Part shown: positions 30,222-41,247 of the stretch, in pieces
How positions within the stretch are numbered: position 1 is the stretch's first letter
Layout: each line of letters opens with the position of its first letter
Origin: Spirochaetota bacterium
GTDB taxonomy: Bacteria; Spirochaetota; Spirochaetia; CAKZLE01
Length of the DNA stretch: 64,000 bases
Assembly: GCA_051745285.1 (NCBI GenBank)
Contig: JBNJDX010000006.1
Coordinates: forward strand, 26 to 64,025
Direction: 5' to 3'
Made by a program: the position numbers and the translations under genes
The notes under the pieces: generated by a model
Databases searched by the model: none
Told to the model about the DNA's origin: nothing
Seen by the model: the letters and a program-made list of their open reading frames with translations, nothing else

Positions 30222-30922
30222 AGCATATCGATATTGGACTTGAGGCTCAAGCCTGCTCGTGCAACGAGACAGATCCGGCGATCAGCTTCGACCCCGGGAA
30301 GTCGATACGGCACCTGTTGGGTCTCATACCGATCCGGGAAGGAACGCTCGATTTCATCTAGTTCCTGCTGCAATGTCTCTCCCCGACTTTTATAGGCAAA
30401 CATGACTCCCCGCTGTGCAAGGAGATCTTCAAGTTGTCTAATAACCTCCGGAAGCGGACGGAAGGCCCGAAAAACCAGTATATCGAATCTGCTGTTCAAA
30501 GCCCCAATATCCTGCTGAACAACCGCTGCGCGCGGAAGCAGGCCGGTCACAGCGAGTGCATTCCGTAAAAACCCAGCTCGTTTTGCAGAGCGCTCGATCA
30601 GAGAGACATGCACCTGTGGAAAGACGATGGCCAGGGGTATGCCAGGCATACCGTTACCTGAGCCGATATCAGCGACCTGGAGGGGTTTTTCCCCACTGTA
30701 CATCTCACACACGCTGGCGAACATCTTCCAGGGGGCAAGTGAGTCAGCAATGTGACGGGAGATTATCTCTGCCCGTGTTCTTGCTGCCATGAGCTTGTAA
30801 CGTGGATTCCACAACTCCAGCTCCCCGAGGTAAGCTGAAAGCTGTTCTATCTGCTCTTCTGTTAGGTAAAGACCGAGCCCTGAGAGCATACTCTCCACTT
30901 GCCGGGATACTGAATTATTCAC
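30212..30922 (-). CDS. rsmG: 16S rRNA (guanine527-N7)-methyltransferase
   Basis: 236 aa. SAM motif [15 protein letters not shown]. Lies immediately downstream of mnmG with overlapping ends. Confidence 0.92.
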   Translation of the reverse strand: MNNSVSRQVESMLSGLGLYLTEEQIEQLSAYLGELELWNPRYKLMAARTRAEIISRHIADSLAPWKMFASVCEMYSGEKPLQVADIGSGNGMPGIPLAIVFPQVHVSLIERSAKRAGFLRNALAVTGLLPRAAVVQQDIGALNSRFDILVFRAFRPLPEVIRQLEDLLAQRGVMFAYKSRGETLQQELDEIERSFPDRYETQQVPYRLPGVEADRRICLVARAGLSLKSNIDMLWQ

Positions 30923-32723
30923 TCTTTTTTCTCCCCAGAACTACCATGAGTACGGCTATATCGGAATTTCGTACACCTGAGATGCGTGATGCCTGCCCCA
31001 CCGAAATCGGCTGTACCTGCTTGAGTTTCTCCCGTGCCTCATGTGATATACCCTCAAGTCGAGTATAATCGAAGTTCTCCGGTATTCGCATATGTTCCAT
31101 GCGCTCAAACCGCTTCACCTGCTGTTCCTGCCGCTTGATATACCCTTCGTACTTGATGTCCATCTCAACTTGCTGGAGATAGACCTGATCATACGTACGC
31201 AACGCATGCACCTCCCCCATGGCTTGATCTATTGAAACCTCCGGCCGTTTCAGGTGAACCAACCAGCTTGCACCTGCAGTCTTCTCGCGTCGAAGGAGCT
31301 CTGTTATCTCTTCCATGCCCTGGAGTTTTCTCTGCAAACGCTCCATTGCCTCTGACTTCTGTAGACCAATCTCGTAGGCTTTCGGGGTTAAACGCTGATC
31401 AGCTGAGTCGTGGCGCAGCTTGAGCCGATATTCAGCACGGGATGTAAACATCCGGTAGGGCTCACGGGTGCCTTTTGTCACCAGATCATCAATAAGCACA
31501 CCGATATACGCCTCAGCCCGGGAGAGGGTAAATATGCTGTTTCCTCTGAGTGCTAAAGCGGCATTGATAGCTGCCAGCAGCCCCTGCCCGGCGGCCTCCT
31601 CATACCCGGAAGTGCCGTTTGTCTGCCCTGCTGTGTAGAGCCCTCGTATCCGCTTGGTCTCAAGAGTTGGATAGAGCTGGGTGGGATCTAGATAATCGTA
31701 CTCTACTGCATATCCGGTTCGCATGATCTGAGCATCTTCCAATCCTGCTATTGTATGAATGAACTCTTCCTGGACATCCTCAGGCAAAGAGGAGGAGATT
31801 CCGTTTAAATACATCTCCTCGGTACCGAGCCCCTCAGGTTCAACAAAAATCTGGTGCCGCTGGCGATCAGGGAAGCGAACCACCTTGTCTTCGATGGAGG
31901 GGCAATACCGGGGGCCAAGACCTACAATCTGTCCGCTGTATAGAGGGGATCTATCCATGTTTTTTGTGATTACATTGTGAGTCTTTTCATTGGTGTGGGT
32001 AATCCAGCAGGGAATTGTCGGTCGGTCAATAACTGAACGTCCGAATGAAAACGGCTGCATAATCGAATCGCCCGGCTGCTGCTCCATCCGATCGAAATCC
32101 AGGGAAGACTGTTTTACCCGGGCAGGAGTGCCTGTTTTCATGCGGCCAACAGTAAAACCCAGCCGACGCAACGATTCTCCAAGCCCGACTGCCGCCGGTT
32201 CCCCGAGACGACCGGAGGAGACTGAATAGTCACCAACAAAAATACGCCCTTCCATGAAGGTTCCGGTGGTCAATACGACAACGCGGGAGTGAAACCTTCG
32301 CCCGCGCTGTGTGACAACTCCCCGGATACGGGTCTGATCGCTGGTTGTCAGCAGATCAACTACTGTATCCTGAAACAGAAAGAGGTTTTTCTGCTGTTCA
32401 AGCGTCTCTTTGGCAAGTCGGCTGTAGCTGAATTTATCAGCTTGGGCGCGAGGAGCCTGAACTGCAGGTCCCCTGCGCCTGTTGAGGATGCGAAACTGGA
32501 TCATGGTCTGGTCGATAAGATTTGCCATCTCGCCGCCGAGGGCGTCGATCTCCCGGACAATATTTCCTTTGGAAAGCCCCCCTACTGCAGGATTGCACGA
32601 AAGCCGTCCGATTGCATCCAGGCTCTGAGTTATCAGGAGGGTGGGAACCTGCAGCCGGGCAAGAGCCAGTGCTGCTTCTATTCCTGCGTGTCCGCCTCCA
32701 ATGACGATTGCATCACAATCCAT
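30915..32723 (-). CDS. mnmG: tRNA uridine 5-carboxymethylaminomethyl modification enzyme MnmG (GidA)
   Basis: 602 aa. FAD motif [15 protein letters not shown] and conserved family blocks throughout. Confidence 0.97.
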   Translation of the reverse strand: MDCDAIVIGGGHAGIEAALALARLQVPTLLITQSLDAIGRLSCNPAVGGLSKGNIVREIDALGGEMANLIDQTMIQFRILNRRRGPAVQAPRAQADKFSYSRLAKETLEQQKNLFLFQDTVVDLLTTSDQTRIRGVVTQRGRRFHSRVVVLTTGTFMEGRIFVGDYSVSSGRLGEPAAVGLGESLRRLGFTVGRMKTGTPARVKQSSLDFDRMEQQPGDSIMQPFSFGRSVIDRPTIPCWITHTNEKTHNVITKNMDRSPLYSGQIVGLGPRYCPSIEDKVVRFPDRQRHQIFVEPEGLGTEEMYLNGISSSLPEDVQEEFIHTIAGLEDAQIMRTGYAVEYDYLDPTQLYPTLETKRIRGLYTAGQTNGTSGYEEAAGQGLLAAINAALALRGNSIFTLSRAEAYIGVLIDDLVTKGTREPYRMFTSRAEYRLKLRHDSADQRLTPKAYEIGLQKSEAMERLQRKLQGMEEITELLRREKTAGASWLVHLKRPEVSIDQAMGEVHALRTYDQVYLQQVEMDIKYEGYIKRQEQQVKRFERMEHMRIPENFDYTRLEGISHEAREKLKQVQPISVGQASRISGVRNSDIAVLMVVLGRKKSE

Positions 32724-32749
32724 ATATTCCCCTTTGGGATTGAGCCCAA

Positions 32750-34096
32750 TTATTTTCCGACACAGAAGCCGGAAAAAATATGTTCCAGAATGTCAGCCGA
32801 AGTGACCTCTCCGGTCAGTTCTCCCAATGCATCCAAAGCATTCTGCAAATCCGGGGCAATCACATCCAATGGCATCCCTTCGGCAGCTGCCGAACAGACA
32901 CCAGAAAGATACTCACCAGCCTTTTCGACTAGCTCTTTCTGCCGCAGGGAGTCGATCATGACCTCCTGCTCATCATCTGAACCAGCCTGCACCCTGATCC
33001 TAGCAGCTATCTCCTGTTCAAGCCTGGAGAACCCCTCTCCGGTTACCGTACTTAACGGGAAATATTCCCTCGGAGGCTTGTCAGCACGCACATCAATCTT
33101 ATTCCACACATAGATCCAGTCACCCTGGGGATCAGCAGGAGCTTCATCCTGGCTGCTTCCATTGAGAAACAGGACCAAATCTGACTGTTCAAGTACTTGA
33201 GAACTCCGCCGTATTCCCTCTGCCTCAATACTGCTGTCTGAATCACGAAACCCAGCTGTGTCATACAGACGTACTGGTATCCCCTGAATCGATATCCAGG
33301 ACTCAATGTAGTCGCGCGTAGTTCCGTGCACTTCTGAAACTATAGAGCGGTCTTCCTTGAGAAACAGATTGAACAGGGAAGATTTCCCTGAGTTTGTCGG
33401 GCCGGCCAGTGCAATTTTAACCCCTTCAGCATACATTTTTCCAGTACTGTAGGTTTCGGAGAGTGTTTGGAGATTATTCCGCAGGCGTTCAATACGGGCA
33501 ACTGGCAGCTCCGTCTCAAGTTCCACTTCATCCTCGGCATAATCAAGCTGCACTTCAACATGGCTGATTATGTCAACCAGCTCTCTTTTGAGATCCTGCA
33601 GGCGAGATGAAAGTTTTCCTGAGAGCCTGCCCAGGGCAAGGGCGTGTGCACGTCGTGTTTTTGCCGAGACAATCTCCTCAACAGCCTCTGCCTGCGTTAA
33701 ATCTATTTTCCCGTTCATGAAAGCGCGCAGGGTGAACTCACCTGGCCGAGCCTGACGAAAGCCCGCCTGAAAAAGGGCCTCCATTATTTTTTGCACTCCG
33801 GCGGTACTGCCGTGGCAGAACAGTTCAACAGCATCCTCTCCGGTATACCCATGCGGGGCCCGATACACAGCCGCGGTCACCTGATCTATTTCTTCTTTTG
33901 TATCGGGAAACACCACCTGACCAAACACCATTCGATGTGTCTGAGCCTTCTGCAGGGCAGCCGGCCGGGCAAAGCAACGGGAGGCCATATCGACGGCGTT
34001 TGTCCCGGAAACTCGCACCACAGCGAGGGCACTGCGGCCTGCAGGAGTCGCCACAGCCGCTATGGGTTCACCGATATCGTAATAATCATATTTCAT
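32750..34096 (-). CDS. mnmE: tRNA modification GTPase MnmE (TrmE)
   Basis: G1 [13 protein letters not shown]3 DTAG, G4 NKID, C-terminal CVGK. ATG 34096 is preferred over the upstream TTG 34132. Confidence 0.95.
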   Translation of the reverse strand: MKYDYYDIGEPIAAVATPAGRSALAVVRVSGTNAVDMASRCFARPAALQKAQTHRMVFGQVVFPDTKEEIDQVTAAVYRAPHGYTGEDAVELFCHGSTAGVQKIMEALFQAGFRQARPGEFTLRAFMNGKIDLTQAEAVEEIVSAKTRRAHALALGRLSGKLSSRLQDLKRELVDIISHVEVQLDYAEDEVELETELPVARIERLRNNLQTLSETYSTGKMYAEGVKIALAGPTNSGKSSLFNLFLKEDRSIVSEVHGTTRDYIESWISIQGIPVRLYDTAGFRDSDSSIEAEGIRRSSQVLEQSDLVLFLNGSSQDEAPADPQGDWIYVWNKIDVRADKPPREYFPLSTVTGEGFSRLEQEIAARIRVQAGSDDEQEVMIDSLRQKELVEKAGEYLSGVCSAAAEGMPLDVIAPDLQNALDALGELTGEVTSADILEHIFSGFCVGK

Positions 34097-34171
34097 CAGG
34101 CAGAGTATAAAGCACGAGTCTATTTCCTGCAATGATCACCATGGCCCTCGCCACTGACTACTGAAAGTTCA

Positions 34172-34200
34172 TTGACCCTTGCTTCTCACATGCGTATCAT
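34172..34200 (+). promoter_or_regulatory. Putative sigma70-type promoter for the IMPase-family gene
   Basis: TTGACC (34172-34177), a 17-nt spacer, then TATCAT (34195-34200). It lies 29 nt upstream of ATG 34230, with AAAAGGAG in between. Confidence 0.4.
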
Positions 34201-34229
34201 GAAGAGAGTACTCGTAAAAGGAGCTGACC

Positions 34230-35078
34230 ATGCCTACCCTGCAGGCTTTACGTGATAAAATCGCCGTTTTTCTCCCTGAAGTGGGAGCCTACCAGCTTTC
34301 ATTCTTCAGAAACCCGGACAGTCTCCGGGGGTACTTGAAAAGCCCTAAGGAGCTGGTTTCACACGTTGACATTGCCAGCGAGAAAATGCTTGCCGAGCAC
34401 CTTGGGAAGCTGCTGCCTGAGGCTACACTTTTTGGAGAAGAGACAACTCAGGAATTTGGAGAAGAGTATACCTGGGTAGTCGACCCGATCGATGGGACAG
34501 TCAACTTTGTATCAGGCCTGCAGGAATGGTCAATTTCGGTGGCACTGCTTCACCATCGAAGTCCTGTTGTCGGGCTGGTCTACAAACCAACGACCGGAGA
34601 GCTCTATTCCGCTGTTCGCGGGCAGGGGGCTTGGCTGGATGAAAGAGCGCTACCAATCTTGAGGTTTACCGGAGGCCTTCAGGAGGCAGTTATCGCGACT
34701 GCGTTTCCCTTCAGAACCCCAGATGCTGAGGAAGGTTTTTTCCGTATGGCACGAGAGCTTCTTCCCCACTGCCGGGAAATTCGGCGCTTTGGCTCGGCAG
34801 CCCTTGATCTCTCCTATACTGCTGCCGGGTTCTTTCAGGGATACTGGGAAACCGATTTGGAAATCTATGATACGGCAGCTGCACTGCTTATTATGGAAGA
34901 GGCCGGCGTTACCGCCAGTAATTTTTTCGGCAGCCCCTACTCCCCGGAACAGGACAGGTCTCTATGTGCTGCCCACCCATTGATAGAAAACGACCTGCTG
35001 GAGTATACCAGTACGTACTACCGTGCTTTCAAACCACAGCTCATCAGGCGGGCTGAACACACACAAAAAGGAGATTAA
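34230..35078 (+). CDS. Inositol monophosphatase family protein (SuhB-like)
   Basis: 282 aa. Motifs WVVDPIDGT and RFGSAALD. Confidence 0.88.
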   Translation: MPTLQALRDKIAVFLPEVGAYQLSFFRNPDSLRGYLKSPKELVSHVDIASEKMLAEHLGKLLPEATLFGEETTQEFGEEYTWVVDPIDGTVNFVSGLQEWSISVALLHHRSPVVGLVYKPTTGELYSAVRGQGAWLDERALPILRFTGGLQEAVIATAFPFRTPDAEEGFFRMARELLPHCREIRRFGSAALDLSYTAAGFFQGYWETDLEIYDTAAALLIMEEAGVTASNFFGSPYSPEQDRSLCAAHPLIENDLLEYTSTYYRAFKPQLIRRAEHTQKGD

Positions 35079-35084
35079 GTTGCC

Positions 35085-35930
35085 ATGAAGTATATTGGAG
35101 CCCACGTAAGTGCCTCAGGAGGATTGGAAAACGCCCCGTTGAATGCAAAAGCTATCGAGGCGAGTGCCTTTGCCCTCTTTACAAAAAACCAACGTCAATG
35201 GAAGGCAAAAGATCTCACCGACAAGCAAATAGAAACATTCCAAAAAACAATGCAGGATACTGGCTTCACTCCCGATATGGTGCTTCCCCACGACAGCTAC
35301 CTCATTAACCTAGGCAACCCGGAACCTGAAAAAAGAAAGAAGAGTCTAGATGCATTTGTGCAGGAGATGCAGCGAGTCGAGGCCCTCGGCCTTGACCGAT
35401 TGAATTTCCATCCTGGGGCTCATCTAAACAAGACAGATCCAAAAAACTGTATGAAACTGATAGCTGAAGGGATAGACACCGCTCTTTCAGCAACGAAACA
35501 TGCCTACGCGGTTATTGAAACAACTGCAGGACAGGGCACCGCCCTCGGGAAAACATTTGAGGAGATCGCCGAGATTATATCACATGTCGATCAGAAGCAG
35601 AGAGTCGGCGTATGCATTGATACCTGTCACATCTTTGCTGCGGGATATGATATCAGAACTCCTGAGGCGTATGAAACAACCATGGAAGCCTTTGATTCCA
35701 TTATTGGATTTGACTTGCTCATGGGTGCCCATCTGAATGATGCAAAAAGTGACTATGATAGCCGGGTAGACCGGCACAACCAGATTGGACAGGGGAACAT
35801 CGGTCTTGATGCCTTTTCATTCCTAATGAACGACGCTCGTTTCAATGGAGTCCCACTGATACTGGAGACAAATGATCCGGATCTCTGGAAGGAAGAAATA
35901 GCCCTGCTCTATTCTCTGGTTAAGGCGTAG
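35085..35930 (+). CDS. nfo: Endonuclease IV (deoxyribonuclease IV)
   Basis: 281 aa. Motifs IGAHVS, ETTAGQG, CIDTCH, HLNDAK, LILET (TIM-barrel AP endonuclease 2 family). Confidence 0.95.
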   Translation: MKYIGAHVSASGGLENAPLNAKAIEASAFALFTKNQRQWKAKDLTDKQIETFQKTMQDTGFTPDMVLPHDSYLINLGNPEPEKRKKSLDAFVQEMQRVEALGLDRLNFHPGAHLNKTDPKNCMKLIAEGIDTALSATKHAYAVIETTAGQGTALGKTFEEIAEIISHVDQKQRVGVCIDTCHIFAAGYDIRTPEAYETTMEAFDSIIGFDLLMGAHLNDAKSDYDSRVDRHNQIGQGNIGLDAFSFLMNDARFNGVPLILETNDPDLWKEEIALLYSLVKA

Positions 35931-35933
35931 ACT

Positions 35934-37355
35934 TTACAGCAGTTTTCCTATCATTATCGATGCGGATATCTGGCCAAAACGGGAAAAAGCTTCTTTGCGG
36001 GCTGCCTCTATCGTTTCCCCCTTTCCACTGGCTGCGAGGGTTCCACTCTCGGCATACATCGTCCCATCATCCAACTTATAGGCTCGGACGTTTCCCTTCA
36101 CTGAAACAATCAGACTCGATCCCGACTGGGCCCGGGAGCTGATGCCCGCCTCTCCGAGGAGGGCCATCTTACGAGTTGCCGCATACTGTGTACGTGCTCT
36201 CTGGAGCAGCTGCTCCAGTGAAGGCTCCTCACCTTCCCCGAATAACGATGCTGTTAAAAACCCGTTTTCCTCAAGGGTGCGGTTGAACGTGGCAAGGGCA
36301 GAATGTTCGGCGAGTAAAACACCGTTACTGTTATACTCAAGAATCCCTGTTACAATGTTCTTACCGGCTACTGCGGAACTGATTGAGTATGAAAATTTCA
36401 ACTGCTTCTCAGCTACTGTACTGCGCATCTGCTCAACGTAGGGATCATCACTGCCAACTTCCTCAGTAAGTCTCTCCAACTCATTGCTGATATCCAGGTA
36501 GATCACAAAAGTTCCAGAACCGCGAAATACTGTATGATTGGGAGAAAAGGTAACTTTCCCCCTGCTATCTGTTTGAGCCTGCATGCTCTGTTGTCGCTCA
36601 ACTCCCGCTTGATTGATTACTGGATACACTGCCTTAACAGGCACTCCACCAATCTTCGGGGAAAACAGCCCTGTACCCCGGGTAACTCGTGCGCTAAAGG
36701 CCCCTTCATCAGGGTCAGAAGACATTTCTTTCAGTTGAAGTCCTCTGAGCACATCCAAGGCCTTTGCCATCAGGTCTCCGTACATTCGCTTCCCATCAGC
36801 CAGATTAGAATTGTAGGCCTCCAAGGCACCCTTGATATAGAGCGAAAAAGCCAGATAATCATTCTGCTTACGGTATGCATTGGCTGCCTCATCCTCAGTA
36901 GCGGAAATTCTGCTTTCATCTTGCCGCGTGTCAGAAATATTTGCCCGGACCAGTGCACTGATTGTTTTTCGATTGGCCTCAGCTAGAATATAGAGCGTAA
37001 GCGTTCCATCCTGCTCCTTTACGAACTCCTCAGTCACCTCCAGTTCCAGATCCTCGATCACCTGTGTCTGCAGCAGTTCCCGTTGGTATGTATCTGTAAC
37101 ATCATAACCGAGAAAATCAGAGACGTCGGACAGTACATCCTCGTAGGCCAACTGTCGTGCCGTCATTTCATTCATGATCTCGCTCTCGCCGACGCCAACA
37201 AAAAAGACTTTTGTCAGGTTATTTGTCGGCTTTTCAAGCGTCCACACAGGCACTCCTTCCAGACGTGCCTGTAACACTGTACATCCACTGAAGGTAACCA
37301 GTACCATGAGGAGGAGAAAGAACATCCGTATTCCTATCGTCTTTGGTTTTATCAT
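35934..37355 (-). CDS. Probable lipoprotein, function unknown (third gene of the lipoprotein trio)
   Basis: 473 aa. Signal peptide plus Cys (LMVLVTFSGC). No catalytic motif recognised. The start lies 3 nt after the upstream lipoprotein gene's stop. Confidence 0.6.
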   Translation of the reverse strand: MIKPKTIGIRMFFLLLMVLVTFSGCTVLQARLEGVPVWTLEKPTNNLTKVFFVGVGESEIMNEMTARQLAYEDVLSDVSDFLGYDVTDTYQRELLQTQVIEDLELEVTEEFVKEQDGTLTLYILAEANRKTISALVRANISDTRQDESRISATEDEAANAYRKQNDYLAFSLYIKGALEAYNSNLADGKRMYGDLMAKALDVLRGLQLKEMSSDPDEGAFSARVTRGTGLFSPKIGGVPVKAVYPVINQAGVERQQSMQAQTDSRGKVTFSPNHTVFRGSGTFVIYLDISNELERLTEEVGSDDPYVEQMRSTVAEKQLKFSYSISSAVAGKNIVTGILEYNSNGVLLAEHSALATFNRTLEENGFLTASLFGEGEEPSLEQLLQRARTQYAATRKMALLGEAGISSRAQSGSSLIVSVKGNVRAYKLDDGTMYAESGTLAASGKGETIEAARKEAFSRFGQISASIMIGKLL

Positions 37356-37358
37356 CTG

Positions 37359-38663
37359 TTACCACCCGGAATGAAACGAGAGTGAATTCCCCCGCTGATA
37401 GAGTAGGTACATCCCCTCTAGTTCTGGAATCAGCTCTGCGGACTCATATACTGCTTCAATCAGCTGCTCAGCCTGCCCATTGAAAACCACTTTATAGTGT
37501 GTCTCCTCCGGAGAAAATGAGTTTCTTGAAAGCTGTTGAGTTTTTTGTGAAAAAACATCCTCAAAAGTCCGCATTACCCGGTCCTGATAGGTTTTCATGA
37601 TTACCAGATCATAGGCGGTCCCTTTTTGGGCATCCGCTGCCAGGTATTCTGATAACTTTTCCATGAGACCTTTCATCCCCTCTGTCACCCCCTGGGCAAC
37701 TGCCTTATCAACAGCAGATGTACGGGAAGCCGCCTTGATCGGGTCTTCTGACTGTATGAACATACTTCCCCTTCCAGCAGCCGTGGATGACTCAAAACAG
37801 TTTAGCAGCGTGGTCGCTTCCCCGTAATAGGACCCGCCTCGCGCATAGGAAGAAGTACTCACCGAGACATCGATATAATAGTCTGCATGCAGCCGTGAGG
37901 CAATCCATCGTATCATGGAGCTCTGACCGGTCTCCTCGGCAAATGCGTATTCCTGGTCCTGTTTGAGGGCTTCAATCTGATTGAGATCAACGTAATCAAA
38001 CCCCATGGAGGAGAGAAAGTCATTTGCTGTGAGCACTGCGGCACGTGCTGTGAAGGGATCACTGACCTGGCTTTCATCGTAATAGACGAGAAAGGTTGGC
38101 CTGCCCCCAGTCTCCCAGGACCCCCCCACCGGAGGGAGAACCTGTGAAAGGGGCGTTGAGCTATCATAATTCGGCAGGTTTTGATCCTTCATTCTCAATG
38201 TAACATTGTCAGCAACCAATGCTCCTGATATATCGTTTGCCCGCAGCAGACGGGAGAGCTCAGGAAGCATGGGCCGTACAGAAACGATCGCTTCATAGGT
38301 ACCCCGATCGTAATCCCAGTCCACAAGATCTACACTCGAAGAGAGAATGTAACTGTCAATTCGGGAACTGCGTGCAAACAGAAGCTCTACCTTTTCCTGG
38401 TAGACAGCTGCCTGTTCACGAAGAGCAAGTAGAGATGCTCTCACCAGAGCATCCTTTACCGCCGAAACCTCAGCGTCATCTCTAGTGGCCCCGGTTCCGT
38501 AGCCATAAAACACGGGAGCTGTCACTCCCTCAGGCTGTTCTGACTGAGACCAATCCCCCCCCTCAGACTCGCCGTAACGTTCACCAGCATAATACGATAC
38601 ACATCCGGTACTCAGCAACAGGACAGCCATAGCCGTCAGCATGATACGATTTATCACCTGCAA
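37359..38663 (-). CDS. Probable lipoprotein, function unknown (second gene of the trio)
   Basis: 434 aa. Signal peptide plus Cys (AVLLLSTGC). No recognised enzymatic motif. Confidence 0.6.
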   Translation of the reverse strand: MQVINRIMLTAMAVLLLSTGCVSYYAGERYGESEGGDWSQSEQPEGVTAPVFYGYGTGATRDDAEVSAVKDALVRASLLALREQAAVYQEKVELLFARSSRIDSYILSSSVDLVDWDYDRGTYEAIVSVRPMLPELSRLLRANDISGALVADNVTLRMKDQNLPNYDSSTPLSQVLPPVGGSWETGGRPTFLVYYDESQVSDPFTARAAVLTANDFLSSMGFDYVDLNQIEALKQDQEYAFAEETGQSSMIRWIASRLHADYYIDVSVSTSSYARGGSYYGEATTLLNCFESSTAAGRGSMFIQSEDPIKAASRTSAVDKAVAQGVTEGMKGLMEKLSEYLAADAQKGTAYDLVIMKTYQDRVMRTFEDVFSQKTQQLSRNSFSPEETHYKVVFNGQAEQLIEAVYESAELIPELEGMYLLYQRGNSLSFHSGW

Positions 38664-38752
38664 TCTCCTACATTCATAATTTTAGCAGTATCAGTAATAA
38701 AACGGGACTGACTCCCCGGCTTATACCTCCCGCTACTAAAGATACACAACAA

Positions 38753-39985
38753 TCATCGAAAAGTTACAAATGGACCAATATAGACTGCAGAACGGATCCG
38801 TGACCCCGAAGACTGCAGCAGCCAGCGTTGCGAAAGTCCAACTGCAATTCCCACCTCCAGATTGCTTGACTGGTACCTCCCTACCCGGAACGACCACGAG
38901 CTGCCGACAAAGAAACGTTGTCTCTCAAAATAGGTCCCAAACTCTAGAGTGCTTGCTGCCTGAAACCAGTACGGGGAACGCAGCACCCCTGGTCCCTCAA
39001 CACGGAATGCACCAGGTTTATACGTGTATACGCCCCCCGCTGAGAGACTGATCCAGGCTCTGGGAAGCTCTTCGGTTACGCGGGAAAATTCATTGAATCC
39101 CCCCCAAGCATATCCAGTAGAAATTCCGCCAATGAGTCCGAACCTCTCTTCAGGCTTTGAGGCAGTAATGTCTACCCCTATTTCGAATGAACCAAGACCC
39201 TGCCTAAGATAATAGGAAATCGGTATGCTTCGCTGCGCCGATCGGGGGTGCAGCACTGCCCCCACCGAAAGAGGTACCTCAGCATACTGTAGCGCAAACT
39301 GAGCCGCCGGTGGGCTTTCTTCACTCTCGGGAAGCAGATGGGCTACTCTCAGCAGAGCAGACTCTTCTACCCCGTTTTTGTACACAATATATTCATCACC
39401 CGGTCGGACTTGGCTCTCCGATGGCAACCCGCCGGTAACATACCCGTTAAAGAAACTCTCAATCTGAACAGCTGTCTCGGGTTGAATCTCTTCTGCAAAT
39501 AAGTAGCCGATCTGTCTCACATATTGCTCGGTGGCTCTATTACGGGCCTCCTCCTTGTGTTCACCGAAACCGATAACTTTAATTTCAAAAGTCTCTGTTT
39601 CATCTCCGAGTCTAACTTCCAGAGCAATCGTTGCCTCTATGATATACGTGCCGGAGCTTTCACTAACCCGCTGCGACAATTCAGTTACAACCGGGACGCA
39701 CTCGAGCAGATGGGGTGCAATTTCACTTGCATAAAACCCGGTAGTCCGTTCCCGCTGCTGAGCTACCGCAGGAACCATGTGTAATTGATTGATACCTTTC
39801 ACCACTGCTTCTGCGAGCATCTCCAAAAATTGCTGCGCGTCCCTGCTGTCATCTTGCAGGTCTCCAGCCAGCCGAGCTGGCCGCACCACAGCTGCTGAAT
39901 ACTGGCTGTTAAGCAAACTCTCACCGGAGACCAGTCCGCACGCAAGGGTTAACAATACTAGTATGGTGAGCGACAGCAGTCTCAT
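38753..39985 (-). CDS. Probable lipoprotein with beta-rich C-terminal half (possible membrane-associated beta-barrel), function unknown
   Basis: ATG 39985 overlaps the pepT stop (ATGA). N-terminus MRLLSLTILVLLTLAC. The C-terminal ~150 aa show an alternating hydrophobic pattern ending in ...GPFVTFR. Confidence 0.55.
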   Translation of the reverse strand: MRLLSLTILVLLTLACGLVSGESLLNSQYSAAVVRPARLAGDLQDDSRDAQQFLEMLAEAVVKGINQLHMVPAVAQQRERTTGFYASEIAPHLLECVPVVTELSQRVSESSGTYIIEATIALEVRLGDETETFEIKVIGFGEHKEEARNRATEQYVRQIGYLFAEEIQPETAVQIESFFNGYVTGGLPSESQVRPGDEYIVYKNGVEESALLRVAHLLPESEESPPAAQFALQYAEVPLSVGAVLHPRSAQRSIPISYYLRQGLGSFEIGVDITASKPEERFGLIGGISTGYAWGGFNEFSRVTEELPRAWISLSAGGVYTYKPGAFRVEGPGVLRSPYWFQAASTLEFGTYFERQRFFVGSSWSFRVGRYQSSNLEVGIAVGLSQRWLLQSSGSRIRSAVYIGPFVTFR

Positions 39986-41247
39986 GTAGTCTTTCGACTC
40001 CACAACTCGGACAGATGCAACACAACCTCAACAGCCTGGGCCATGGCCGGGAGCGGTATCCACTCATACCTGCTATGAAAATTCATCCCGCCAGTAAACA
40101 TATTTGGTGCAGGAATACCCATTTCGCTCAGCCGTGCACCGTCAGTGCCGCCCCGAATAGGTTTCACGATAGGGTCTATACCTGCTTCGGTAACAGCTTC
40201 AATGAGAACGTCGGCGACTTGAGGAAACTCATCGATATACCGTTTCATATTCGCATACTGTTTGATACTTTCAGTGGTTACACTTCCGCCCGGGTAAGCT
40301 GACTCGACAGCTTTTGCCGCCGCAATAACCGTTTCTCGTCTCCTATCCATACCAGTTGTTTCAAAATCTCTCAGATTAAGCGTCAAAGTACACTGTTCAG
40401 AATTCCCGTGCAGTTCATGCAGGTAGTAATACCCATATCTCCCGTCAGTCGATTCAGGACTTTCCGACTGGGGAAGCAGGCCACAAAACGCATTCGACAT
40501 TGAAAGTGCATTAACCATCCGTCCTCGAGCAGTTCCAGGGTGATGCATGACTCCGGTAAAAGTGACTAGCACCTTCTCGGCATGAAAACACTCATACTCA
40601 ACTTCTCCCAGTTCTCCGCCATCAAGCGTATAACAGCAAGCCGCATGCAGTCTTTCTACCGGAAAGTTGTCCATTCCGCGCCCAGTCTCTTCATCGCTGG
40701 TAAAAATCAGTTCTATCTCGCCGTGGGATAATTCCTGATGATGCATTATATACGAAGCTGCCGCCATAATCTCGGCAACCCCCGCTTTGTCATCAGCACC
40801 GAGTAATGTTGTACCGTCAGTGGTAATGATTGTTTGCCCCCTCCACTGGAGAAGGTGCGGATTTTCTTCTGGAGTTAACCTCCAGGAATCTCCCAGCTGA
40901 ATAACCCCACCGTCATACCTGTGTATGACTTGAGGCTTTACTCCGTGTCCGGACATGTCACCGGCAGTATCTACATGCGCCATCAGTCCGATTGTCGGAG
41001 GCTGCTTCCCGGTTATATTCGAGGGAATCCTCGCAATTACAAATCCGGCTGGATCAACAGCGATATCCTGAAGACCCAACTGCTTAAGCTCAGCAGATAG
41101 CAGATTAAGCAAATCCCACTGCCCCGGCGTTGACGGTTTCCCATCAACAGCCTCATCTGACTGAGTATCAAGCCGTACGTAGCTAAGAAAGCGCTGGAGT
41201 ATTTCCTCGGTGAGCATCTCCCGCTGTCTATCTGATATGTGTATCAT
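39982..41247 (-). CDS. pepT: Peptidase T (tripeptide aminopeptidase, M20B)
   Basis: ATG 41247 behind AGGAGG. Motifs MAHVDTA, GADDKAG and FTSDEETG, with family length ~420 aa. Confidence 0.92.
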   Translation of the reverse strand: MIHISDRQREMLTEEILQRFLSYVRLDTQSDEAVDGKPSTPGQWDLLNLLSAELKQLGLQDIAVDPAGFVIARIPSNITGKQPPTIGLMAHVDTAGDMSGHGVKPQVIHRYDGGVIQLGDSWRLTPEENPHLLQWRGQTIITTDGTTLLGADDKAGVAEIMAAASYIMHHQELSHGEIELIFTSDEETGRGMDNFPVERLHAACCYTLDGGELGEVEYECFHAEKVLVTFTGVMHHPGTARGRMVNALSMSNAFCGLLPQSESPESTDGRYGYYYLHELHGNSEQCTLTLNLRDFETTGMDRRRETVIAAAKAVESAYPGGSVTTESIKQYANMKRYIDEFPQVADVLIEAVTEAGIDPIVKPIRGGTDGARLSEMGIPAPNMFTGGMNFHSRYEWIPLPAMAQAVEVVLHLSELWSRKTT

